From: Flavobacteriaceae bacterium
GTDB taxonomy: Bacteria > Bacteroidota > Bacteroidia > Flavobacteriales > Flavobacteriaceae
Reading direction: 5' to 3'
Assembly: GCA_038153605.1 (NCBI GenBank)
Contig: JAYOYS010000001.1
Coordinates: forward strand, 57,527-121,526
Length of the DNA stretch: 64,000 nt
This document shows, one piece after another, positions 35,731 to 43,771 of this stretch (positions are counted from its first letter, which is position 1; each line of letters opens with the position of its first letter). The notes below the pieces were generated by a model. The model was given only the letters and a program-made list of their open reading frames with translations. It was not told the origin of the DNA and made no database searches. A program made the position numbers and the translations under genes.

Positions 35731-36794
35731 GTCACGGCACCTTGACAACTGCTTCCTGCACCTGCGGTACATCCGTAACAGTGTTGTGAAATTTTAATCA
35801 ATCGTCCATCCATTAAATCATTTTCATACTCTGAGATATGCTTACGGGAATCATTGATGGGCATTTCCAACATTTGATTAAAGTCGCAATCATACAGATA
35901 ACCCTCCCAAGAAACAGACAGGGTATTAAGACACATTACTGCTCGAGCCGCTGCCGGATTAAAGGATTCAACTAAAGTCCACATATAGTCCTCATAATTG
36001 TCTGAGGCGATCAAATAATCTAAAAACCTTGAGATTGGTAGATTAGTCAAGGCAAAGAGGCCATTAAATTTTATGCCAAAACCCTCATCAAGTCGTCGTT
36101 TAAAATCTTGACAGAGTGCATCTTGATCTCCCGGTAAAAAGGCACCGCTAGGATTGTATACTAAATCGAGTACAAGGTCACTTTCTGGGTTGCCATAGCC
36201 CACTTCGTTCAGCATTTTTAGCGCTTTGATAGAATCTTCAAAGACACCCGAACCACGTTGGCGATCTGTTTTTTCTTTAGTCCAATGGGGCATACTGCTG
36301 ACCACATGAACCTTATTTTGGGCAAAAAACTCAGGTAAATCGTGGTATTTCTTATTTGCCACAATTATAGTGAGATTACTGCGAACAATGATTTCGCCGA
36401 CCCCACATGCTTTGGCTTGGGTGACAAACCACCGAAAGTTTGGATTCATTTCAGGAGCACCGCCAGTGAGATCTAATGTCTTTACACCACTAGATTTCAT
36501 AACCTCTAGACAAAGTTCCATAGTTTCTTTTGTCATGATTTCTTTACGGTCGGGACCGGCATCCACATGACAATGGGCACAAACTTGATTGCACATGTAT
36601 CCCAAATTTACTTGGAGAATGTCCAATTGTGTAGTTTTTAAAGGGCTTTCCAGAGTCTGCTTTATTTTATCACTAAATAAGGGAGCCTCACCACAGGCAA
36701 AAATACCGTCTTCTAAAATTTTGAGTTGACGCTCGGTTTGTGCCAAGGGACTATGCCTTTTGCGAAGGGACTGTAACGATTTGAATTGACTCAT
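35727..36794 (-). CDS. arsS: radical SAM/Cys-rich protein, ArsS-type (arsenosugar biosynthesis)
   Basis: CNQVCAHC (CX3CX2C) cluster, GGAPEMNP, and a C-terminal Cys-rich tail QHCYGCTAGAGSSCQGA characteristic of this family. Confidence 0.82.
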   Translation of the reverse strand: MSQFKSLQSLRKRHSPLAQTERQLKILEDGIFACGEAPLFSDKIKQTLESPLKTTQLDILQVNLGYMCNQVCAHCHVDAGPDRKEIMTKETMELCLEVMKSSGVKTLDLTGGAPEMNPNFRWFVTQAKACGVGEIIVRSNLTIIVANKKYHDLPEFFAQNKVHVVSSMPHWTKEKTDRQRGSGVFEDSIKALKMLNEVGYGNPESDLVLDLVYNPSGAFLPGDQDALCQDFKRRLDEGFGIKFNGLFALTNLPISRFLDYLIASDNYEDYMWTLVESFNPAAARAVMCLNTLSVSWEGYLYDCDFNQMLEMPINDSRKHISEYENDLMDGRLIKISQHCYGCTAGAGSSCQGAVT

Positions 36795-36800
36795 ACCGAT

Positions 36801-37130
36801 TTATGAATCCAATTTATTGACTTTATTCATCATCATCACTCCGTGAACCAAACTAGCGCCACTTTTTATGGCCGCGCCTACATGTACTGCTTCCATCATT
36901 TCTTCTTTGGTGATACCGCGTTCCAGGCCATCTTTGGTATAAGCATCGATACAATAGGGACACATTTCGGTATGGGCTACCGCCAGGGCGATCAATGATT
37001 TTTCTCTTTGAGTAAGGGCTCCCTCTTTAAATACACTATTGTAATAATCAAAGAATTTTTCTCCTAGAGTCTCGCTCCATTCGGTAATGCGACCGAATTT
37101 GCGCAGGTCTTTTGGGTCGTAATAAGACAT
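36801..37130 (-). CDS. AhpD/carboxymuconolactone-decarboxylase-like peroxidase-like protein of ArsS clusters
   Basis: HTEMCPYCIDAY CxxC motif. About 110 aa from the ATG at 37130 (the track start at 37160 is a TTG). Confidence 0.78.
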   Translation of the reverse strand: MSYYDPKDLRKFGRITEWSETLGEKFFDYYNSVFKEGALTQREKSLIALAVAHTEMCPYCIDAYTKDGLERGITKEEMMEAVHVGAAIKSGASLVHGVMMMNKVNKLDS

Positions 37131-37322
37131 GTTTATAAATTTTAAAATCGAATCTTCCAAGATTCAGGATTCTAAAGATACAATTTCATCCTAAAGACTT
37201 GGGTTAAAAACACGCGCATTTAACGCCCTTTTAACCTAGGGTTCTTACCGACGATCAGTGCAACGATGTCTTGCAATTCTGGCGACAGACCAGTCCGAAC
37301 TTTACCTATTCGCAGCTTATGC

Positions 37323-38972
37323 CTATCTGAAATAAAAATAAATACCTGCGACCAGCAGCACAATCAAAGCCCCGATTGGCTTAGTGTATGGCCAAGGTCG
37401 AATGTCTACTTGTTGGGTATACTCTTGAACAAAGGCTTCTTTGCGCGGATAAAGCTTCCCAATAAGGAGCATAATCAGGACGTTCATCACAAAAAGTATT
37501 GCCATCACATCGAGGTAGTGAAGGCCGAAATACCCTTGAGATTCGATAACCCCCAGGGCCGCCGGATCGGTTATTCCCTGGGCTTTTGCAGCCTCTAGCG
37601 CCTGACTCACATAATGAGGTTTGAGAAAAAATTGGCTCAAAATATAAAGTAATGATCCGGAAAGCAATCCAATTTTAGCCGCTACTGCGGGGACTCGTTT
37701 GGTGCTGTAGCCCACCACAATAATGGTCAGGATAGGAATTGAATAAATACCATTAATTTCCTGTAAATAGTCAAAAAGGCTCCCGGCATTGGCGATGAAC
37801 GGGGCAATAATCATTGCCCCAATAGCCAAGGCAACACCAAAGGTCTTTCCGCGTTTTACTACAGTCGCCTCATCGGCCTCGGGATTAATGTGTTGTTTGT
37901 AAATGTCTACACCAAAAAGAGTGACCGAGCTATTGAGTACACTATTAAATGAACTGAGAATGGCTCCAAATATGACTGCGGCAAAGAATCCTAGTAAAGC
38001 AGGAGGCAGTACTGCAGAGACCAGTTCAGGGTAGGCTTGATCTACAGCCGGAAGGTCTGGAAACATATGATAGGCGATTATCCCAGGAAGCACCACAATG
38101 ATGGGGCCGAGGATTTTTATAAATGAACCTAAAAGCAATCCTTTCTGTCCTTCTTCAAGGTTTTTCGCCCCAAGAGCACGCTGGATAATTTGTTGGTTTG
38201 TTCCCCAATAAAATAGCTGTACCAGCATCATTCCAGTGAAAATCGTATAGAAGGGAACGGGATCAGTGCGCTGGCCCATGGATTTCAGTTTTTCTGGATG
38301 TTCCGCACCCAGAACAGCCAGGCCGTCAAGGATACTGCCATCACCTATGGCCATAAGACCTAGTACAGGAATCATTAGCCCTCCGATCAAAAGTCCTATT
38401 GCGTTTATTGTATCGGAAACTGCTACGGCTTTTAATCCACCAAATACGGCATAAACGGAGCCCACCAGGCCGATACCCCAAACACAGAGGTAAATAGCCT
38501 GAGTGTCAGAAACACCAAAGGCTTCCGGAATATCAAACATGCCGCTTATAGCCACTGAGCCTGAATAGAGTATGACCGGCAAAAGGACCACCACATAACC
38601 TGTTAGAAATAAACCAGAGGTAATGGTTTTAGTTGCTATGTCAAATCGATTCGCTAGGAATTGAGGAACCGTGGTCAGCCCCCCTTTGAGATAACGTGGG
38701 AGCAAAAATAGAGCGGTGACCACCATGGCAATTGCGGCAAGACTTTCCCAAGCCATAACAGAGAGACCACTTTCGTAGGCCGAACCATTCAGCCCTACAA
38801 TCTGTTCTGTGGAAAGATTGGTCAACAATAGGGATCCTGCGATGACCCCTGCTGTAAGGCTACGTCCACCTAAAAAATATCCGTCGGCACTTTTTTCATC
38901 TGTTTTTCTGGAAGCTAGATAAGCAATAATGGCAACCAGCGCTGTAAAGGCAATAAATGAAATTATGGTCAT
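37323..38972 (-). CDS. sodium:solute symporter (SSS/SGLT family)
   Basis: 549 aa, about 13-14 TM segments, with N-terminal YFLGGRSL and an SSS-type core. Confidence 0.88.
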   Translation of the reverse strand: MTIISFIAFTALVAIIAYLASRKTDEKSADGYFLGGRSLTAGVIAGSLLLTNLSTEQIVGLNGSAYESGLSVMAWESLAAIAMVVTALFLLPRYLKGGLTTVPQFLANRFDIATKTITSGLFLTGYVVVLLPVILYSGSVAISGMFDIPEAFGVSDTQAIYLCVWGIGLVGSVYAVFGGLKAVAVSDTINAIGLLIGGLMIPVLGLMAIGDGSILDGLAVLGAEHPEKLKSMGQRTDPVPFYTIFTGMMLVQLFYWGTNQQIIQRALGAKNLEEGQKGLLLGSFIKILGPIIVVLPGIIAYHMFPDLPAVDQAYPELVSAVLPPALLGFFAAVIFGAILSSFNSVLNSSVTLFGVDIYKQHINPEADEATVVKRGKTFGVALAIGAMIIAPFIANAGSLFDYLQEINGIYSIPILTIIVVGYSTKRVPAVAAKIGLLSGSLLYILSQFFLKPHYVSQALEAAKAQGITDPAALGVIESQGYFGLHYLDVMAILFVMNVLIMLLIGKLYPRKEAFVQEYTQQVDIRPWPYTKPIGALIVLLVAGIYFYFR

Positions 38973-39002
38973 GAGTTGTTAATTGTGGGTTAGTGTATAA
39001 AG

Positions 39003-39971
39003 TTAATCATTTAAAATATCTGAAATCACATCGGCATAATCAGGAATACGCCCGACATTTTGAAGCTTAATGGCCGCCATTTTAAGGGCCGAAGAAAGAC
39101 ACTTTTCAGGGGCTTGTCCTCTGATGTGTCCATATAAAAACCCACTCCAAAAAGCATCACCGGCGCCTGTTGCGTCCATGATTTTTTCCACTTTTAGAGC
39201 AGAGAGTTGCATCACTTCAGATCCGATGACGCTTAACTTTGCCCCGTCTTTTCCCAGGGTAAAACAAATTGTTTTTGCCCCTAGCCCATGCAGGTAGGTG
39301 AAAACTTCTGTGTGACTTAGGCCAGGACCCAATAATCGATCGACATCATCCTGACTAATTTTTACCAAAGGCCCATGTTTGCAGTAGCGCGCTAGGGCTT
39401 CCATGGCCTGGGCGCGATCTGGCCATATTTTTTCACTGTAATTAATGTCAATACTCAGTTGCACACCTTTCTGGGCTGCGCGTTCTGCAGTGCTGAGAAT
39501 CGTTTCTCGTGCGGGTTCCAGACTTAAGGCAAAGCAGGTGGTATGGTAAATTTTGCTTGAGTCTAGCAATGATTCTGGAATTTGAGTTGGATAAATCTCT
39601 TTATCCGCTCCGCGATAGGCAATAAATTCTGGGGTTCCTGAAGTGTTATTGATAAAAATTACGGTACTGGGGATTTGCTCTGCACGATGGACATAGCGCG
39701 TATCGATACCGGCCTTTTCCAAGCGATTCAGCATATAATCACCAAAACCATCGTTACCAATACTTGAAATCATGGCGACATTCATACCGAGTCTCGCCAT
39801 ATTCATGGCTACATTAGTGGGAGATCCTCCGAGGTATCTGTGATAATCTTTTGTTTCATTTATGGGCATTTCCACCTGAGTGCCGATAAAATCAATCAAG
39901 GTCTCTCCAATACAGATTAAATCTGTTGCAGGACCAGTATCACCTACATTTTCTGATAGTGTATTCATCAA
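39003..39971 (-). CDS. PfkB-family carbohydrate kinase (fructokinase-like)
   Basis: GGSPTNVA and DATGAGDAF motifs. Confidence 0.86.
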   Translation of the reverse strand: MMNTLSENVGDTGPATDLICIGETLIDFIGTQVEMPINETKDYHRYLGGSPTNVAMNMARLGMNVAMISSIGNDGFGDYMLNRLEKAGIDTRYVHRAEQIPSTVIFINNTSGTPEFIAYRGADKEIYPTQIPESLLDSSKIYHTTCFALSLEPARETILSTAERAAQKGVQLSIDINYSEKIWPDRAQAMEALARYCKHGPLVKISQDDVDRLLGPGLSHTEVFTYLHGLGAKTICFTLGKDGAKLSVIGSEVMQLSALKVEKIMDATGAGDAFWSGFLYGHIRGQAPEKCLSSALKMAAIKLQNVGRIPDYADVISDILND

Positions 39972-39986
39972 ATGAAATAATTTAAT

Positions 39987-41288
39987 TTATCGGCTCGCTC
40001 TTGGCTTCAGCCTCAGGGCCAAAACGGCGGCAATAATAAAGAAAACGCCTCCAAAAAGTATGGCATTTGTAGCACTTCCCCCCAAAAGATTCTTCATGAT
40101 TGGACCAAAAGTCAGGGTCTCTATTCCCATCGGAATCACGATCATCATATTCAAAATACCCATGTAAACCCCGCGGCGGTCTTGTGGGACAATTTTTGAC
40201 ACCATGCTGTAGGGAATTCCCATCATAGCGGCCCATCCTATTCCGAACAATATCATTGGAAAAAGCACCATTATGGGGTCGGTAATGTAAGGAATGGTTA
40301 ATAGTGCAGCACCTGTGCCAAATAAACTCCCCGCATAGGTTTTCTTCCCGCCAAAGCGCATGGTAATGGGCACTAGCATTAGGGCTACAATCATCGTGGT
40401 GATGTTATAGGTGGTGCTCATTTTGGCTGCTTGTCCTAAGGCTTGTGCTCCATCATACCCCATGGATTCTTGAAATAATGGGGCGATGTACTGCCAATAA
40501 ACAAAAAGTGCATACCACTGAAAAAGATAGACTCCAGAGAGTTGCCACATAAATTTGGGCATGAGCTTTACTGCGGCCACTATTTCGTTGAAGGGTGTTT
40601 GAATACGCTTTAAAAATGGCTCACTTCGCTCTGCTTCAATGGCTTTAAACTCCTGCTCAGAAGGAGGGATTTCGGGCGTTTTTAGCACAGACCACAAAAT
40701 CGTAACTACTGAGAGTATTGCCCCTAGGAAAAATGAGTAATAAAGCCAGGTCGGGATTCCGTCGCTTGGGGCTCCCGCGGGATCTGCAAACCAATCTTGA
40801 AAAATAAAAATTGATGCATTGGCCAAGACAATACCCGCCCCGACAAAAAGACTCTGCATTTGATAGCCTAAGGTCAATTGCTTCTCTGGTAATTTGTCCC
40901 CTACAAAGGCACGATAGGGCTCCATGGCCATATTATTACCCACATCGAGGATCCATAGGAGTCCCACCGCGAACCAGAGGCTCGGGCTATAAGGAAAGGC
41001 AAAAAGACAGAGGCTGCCGATTATTGCACCGATCAAAAAGAAGGGCTTGCGACGACCCCATTTTGGGGACCAGGTCTTGTCCGAAATTGCACCGATTATC
41101 GGCTGAACGAGGAGTCCCGTGACAGGTCCTGCTAAATTTAAAATCGGCAATTCCTCAGGTAAGGCGCCTAAAAATGAAAAAATTGGATTGATTGCGGTTT
41201 GTTGCAACCCAAAGCTGAATTGAATGCCTAAGAAGCCGACATTCATATTCCAGATATCCCAAAACGAGAGTTTAGGTTTTTTGGTCAT
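39987..41288 (-). CDS. MFS transporter of the GPH/SLC45 (sucrose/maltose-type) family
   Basis: 12 TM segments. SDKTWSPKWGRRKPF loop motif is typical of sucrose-type symporters. Confidence 0.82.
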   Translation of the reverse strand: MTKKPKLSFWDIWNMNVGFLGIQFSFGLQQTAINPIFSFLGALPEELPILNLAGPVTGLLVQPIIGAISDKTWSPKWGRRKPFFLIGAIIGSLCLFAFPYSPSLWFAVGLLWILDVGNNMAMEPYRAFVGDKLPEKQLTLGYQMQSLFVGAGIVLANASIFIFQDWFADPAGAPSDGIPTWLYYSFFLGAILSVVTILWSVLKTPEIPPSEQEFKAIEAERSEPFLKRIQTPFNEIVAAVKLMPKFMWQLSGVYLFQWYALFVYWQYIAPLFQESMGYDGAQALGQAAKMSTTYNITTMIVALMLVPITMRFGGKKTYAGSLFGTGAALLTIPYITDPIMVLFPMILFGIGWAAMMGIPYSMVSKIVPQDRRGVYMGILNMMIVIPMGIETLTFGPIMKNLLGGSATNAILFGGVFFIIAAVLALRLKPRASR

Positions 41289-41415
41289 GGTCTTTAGTTT
41301 GGTCGTTTAGTCTCGGGGTTAAGCTTTTAAAAGAATTAGGCCCTTTTTAAGCTTGCTTTGTTCACCCCAATGGACTATTCAAGATGCATAAAAAATATCA
41401 AAAATTTACGGTTTC

Positions 41416-41435
41416 GTCACGGGATGTCACGGAAT
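41416..41435. repeat. tandem 10-nt direct repeat GTCACGGGAT / GTCACGGAAT
   Basis: Read directly, 9/10 identical. It ends 6 nt from the operator-like 14-mer. Confidence 0.6.
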
Positions 41436-41441
41436 GTGTCC

Positions 41442-41455
41442 CGAAATCGTTTTCG
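41442..41455. promoter_or_regulatory. LacI-type operator candidate CGAAATCGTTTTCG
   Basis: Near-palindrome around a central CG, 154 nt upstream of the MFS ATG. The identical 14-mer occurs at 58985-58998. Confidence 0.45.
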
Positions 41456-41489
41456 ACGGCTAATTAGGTGTCGTTTGACCAAAGGATGA

Positions 41490-42407
41490 TCAATCCAAAA
41501 TCGGGGCCATTAGCTCTGCCACCCACTCCATACTATCGCCACCTTCATGAGGGTCATTGCGGTAAATCTCAATAATTTCAGAACCTAAAGTTATTTTGTT
41601 ACGCTTGGCATGATCTAAAAGGGTGTACCAGCCTTGTTGGGAAATGCGATAGTTCCCATTAAAAATAGCTTTAAGGTAGCGATCGGATTTTAGGGTTTTA
41701 AAACGCACTTCTGGATCTTCAGGTCGCGGGGAAACTGAATCAATTGGAAAACAAAAATCAAAGTTTAAATCTTGAGTTATCGGATCCCAATGGGTCACTG
41801 TAATAAAAGGATCTCCTTTTAACTCAAGGTCGTTACCTTTAATATAGTCCATAACTGTGCTGATTTGGCGCAGCATTCCCTGAGCCTTGGTCGCTTCTTT
41901 GGTTTTCACAGGAATATAGGCGCAGAAAATTGGCTTTAAAACAGTGTCACTGATACTATGAACCTCGAAATTTTTACTTTTTTCGATCATTCCCTCGGCC
42001 AGAGATTGGGTTAGCGCAATACTCCTCTGAGGCACATAACTTTGTCCAAAGGGTAGACGTAATTTTTGACTCAAGGCCATATCTTGAGCTAAAAAACGCC
42101 CTTCTACACGAGTGCTACTATCAGCAACCCGTCTAATGGACCAATTTACTGAAAGCCTTCCTTCTGAACCCTCAATTTGCTGAATGAGTCGATCATAAAG
42201 TAAAAATTCATCATTCACCACTTGTAGTGAATCACGATGGCTGTAATCAGGCCAGGCCCGCAAATGATCAAAAACCACACCCGGAGGTTGTTTGGTGGTA
42301 AAACTAACCTTGTAGTGATAAGGAAAAACAAAAAGATAACTCAACACTACGATGGCAATCGAAAAAAGACCGAGATAAATGAACTTTTGTTTTTTAGTTT
42401 TAATCAT
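41490..42407 (-). CDS. membrane-anchored protein with SRPBCC-like N-terminal and GyrI-like C-terminal small-molecule-binding domains
   Basis: N-terminal TM anchor. The C-terminal half (GDPFITVTHWDP..., YLKAIFNGNY..., EIYRNDP) resembles GyrI-like effector-binding domains. Confidence 0.45.
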   Translation of the reverse strand: MIKTKKQKFIYLGLFSIAIVVLSYLFVFPYHYKVSFTTKQPPGVVFDHLRAWPDYSHRDSLQVVNDEFLLYDRLIQQIEGSEGRLSVNWSIRRVADSSTRVEGRFLAQDMALSQKLRLPFGQSYVPQRSIALTQSLAEGMIEKSKNFEVHSISDTVLKPIFCAYIPVKTKEATKAQGMLRQISTVMDYIKGNDLELKGDPFITVTHWDPITQDLNFDFCFPIDSVSPRPEDPEVRFKTLKSDRYLKAIFNGNYRISQQGWYTLLDHAKRNKITLGSEIIEIYRNDPHEGGDSMEWVAELMAPILD

Positions 42408-42421
42408 AGGGGTGATTTTAT

Positions 42422-43771
42422 TTAATTCTGCTCAGAGAATAGAGATTTAACAATCTGCTTACCCACTGATTTTCCTTGATCTAATCCGACCTCAATAGCA
42501 GCACGATAATGAATTCCGCCATACATTCTTGAGAGCGCTGCCTCTTGTGCTGCTTGTTCAAATGAAATAAAAGAGCGGATGGGTAATCCATAAGGTACCT
42601 CTGTATCATCGTCAAAGGCAAAATCGGGCCCAAAGATTTTGGTCAAAACTGTGGATGCAGCTCCAGAGACTACCGAATGGCCAGAGGTGTATTCAGGGAA
42701 AGGCGGTGTTTGTAGCACAGGTTTCCAGTTTTCATCCACATATTGATTGATCAGGGTTTCTGGACGAATAAGATTACTGCGGTATTTTTCGTCCCAACAG
42801 CTGATAAAGGCGTCAAATATGGCCATTGAGGTGTGCACATAGGCTGATACTGTTTGTCGGAAATTAAGCCCAGCTTGATTACAGGCAATTTTTGTAATTC
42901 CCATCCAGTGGGCCCCAGGAGTAATTTTTTTTGTGGCAAACATCAGGTGCCCGCGCGTTACTGAAACGTAAGGATTACAATCCCAAAACCGGGCCATCTG
43001 AATTTCATCTGAGCCATCCCCTTCGGCCTCTATTCGTTTACTGGTATCATAAACTTCCATAAGCTCTTGGTAAAAGGCACTGTTTTTTTCTAAAGAAAAG
43101 GCAGGAGGGAGGATCGGTTTAAATTGACTTGCCGAATCCAAGATAAGGGGTCTAATCTTATTCCAATGAGGTTCTATACCATCCATATAAGCCGGTGGGG
43201 TAGGTTGCCAACGTGATGGATCTTCGGTAATTACCGTAAATTTTGGCATAGTACGCGTTTGATTGTATTGATCTGTATTCATCCAAAGTTTTATGTGCTC
43301 TGCTACAGATAGTCCATAATCTTTGGACTTACTGAATTCGGACTTGTTATGTTTTGACCAAATGCCGTAAAGGCTATCTTGATATTGCTGCATTCGTTCT
43401 TCAGAAAACACCAAAGATTTACTCAGTTCCATATGGGCAATTAATGCCGCGAGCTCAAGATTAAGTGTGCTGTCTTTAGCCTGTGGTATAGGCTTTAGAT
43501 GTTTGATGGATTGAGTCAGCGAACTCATCTTTGGGTCTGATTGCGCCAAAATTTCATAGGCCGCAATATTAGGATAGGCATAGATGCGACTGGCCACTGG
43601 AGGAGAAAAAATGTCGTGTACCATTATGCTGGTGACCTTATCTACACTGCTCTGAAAATCAGTTGAACCCAACATTATGGGCTGGTCAGGAGCACAGCTG
43701 GCCAGAAGAAAAATGGCAGTAATAAAACTTAATCTTTTAAAATTCAATGCGGTAAATTTCAGTGGTTTCAT
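42422..43771 (-). CDS. PAP2-superfamily / vanadium-dependent haloperoxidase-like lipoprotein
   Basis: Lipobox FLLASC. Motifs KYRSNLIRP (KX6RP), YTSGHS (SGH) and SRMYGGIHYR (SRX5H). 35-nt overlap with the upstream gene. Confidence 0.7.
   Translation of the reverse strand: MKPLKFTALNFKRLSFITAIFLLASCAPDQPIMLGSTDFQSSVDKVTSIMVHDIFSPPVASRIYAYPNIAAYEILAQSDPKMSSLTQSIKHLKPIPQAKDSTLNLELAALIAHMELSKSLVFSEERMQQYQDSLYGIWSKHNKSEFSKSKDYGLSVAEHIKLWMNTDQYNQTRTMPKFTVITEDPSRWQPTPPAYMDGIEPHWNKIRPLILDSASQFKPILPPAFSLEKNSAFYQELMEVYDTSKRIEAEGDGSDEIQMARFWDCNPYVSVTRGHLMFATKKITPGAHWMGITKIACNQAGLNFRQTVSAYVHTSMAIFDAFISCWDEKYRSNLIRPETLINQYVDENWKPVLQTPPFPEYTSGHSVVSGAASTVLTKIFGPDFAFDDDTEVPYGLPIRSFISFEQAAQEAALSRMYGGIHYRAAIEVGLDQGKSVGKQIVKSLFSEQN

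Noticed and set aside
35727-36794. Possible selenocysteine recoding in the ArsS-type gene.
   Set aside because: There is no in-frame TGA. The C-terminal motif has Cys (GSSCQG), and the only TGA is the stop that overlaps the next start codon.
37202-37236. Inverted repeat GGTTAAAA-N19-TTTTAACC downstream of the SSS gene, considered as a possible terminator or operator for the ArsS array.
   Set aside because: The arms are AT-rich, the loop is 19 nt and no U-run follows on the minus strand. It is too weak to call. The nearby TATCTTTA (37173-37180, 7/8 match) is only a tentative promoter for the array.
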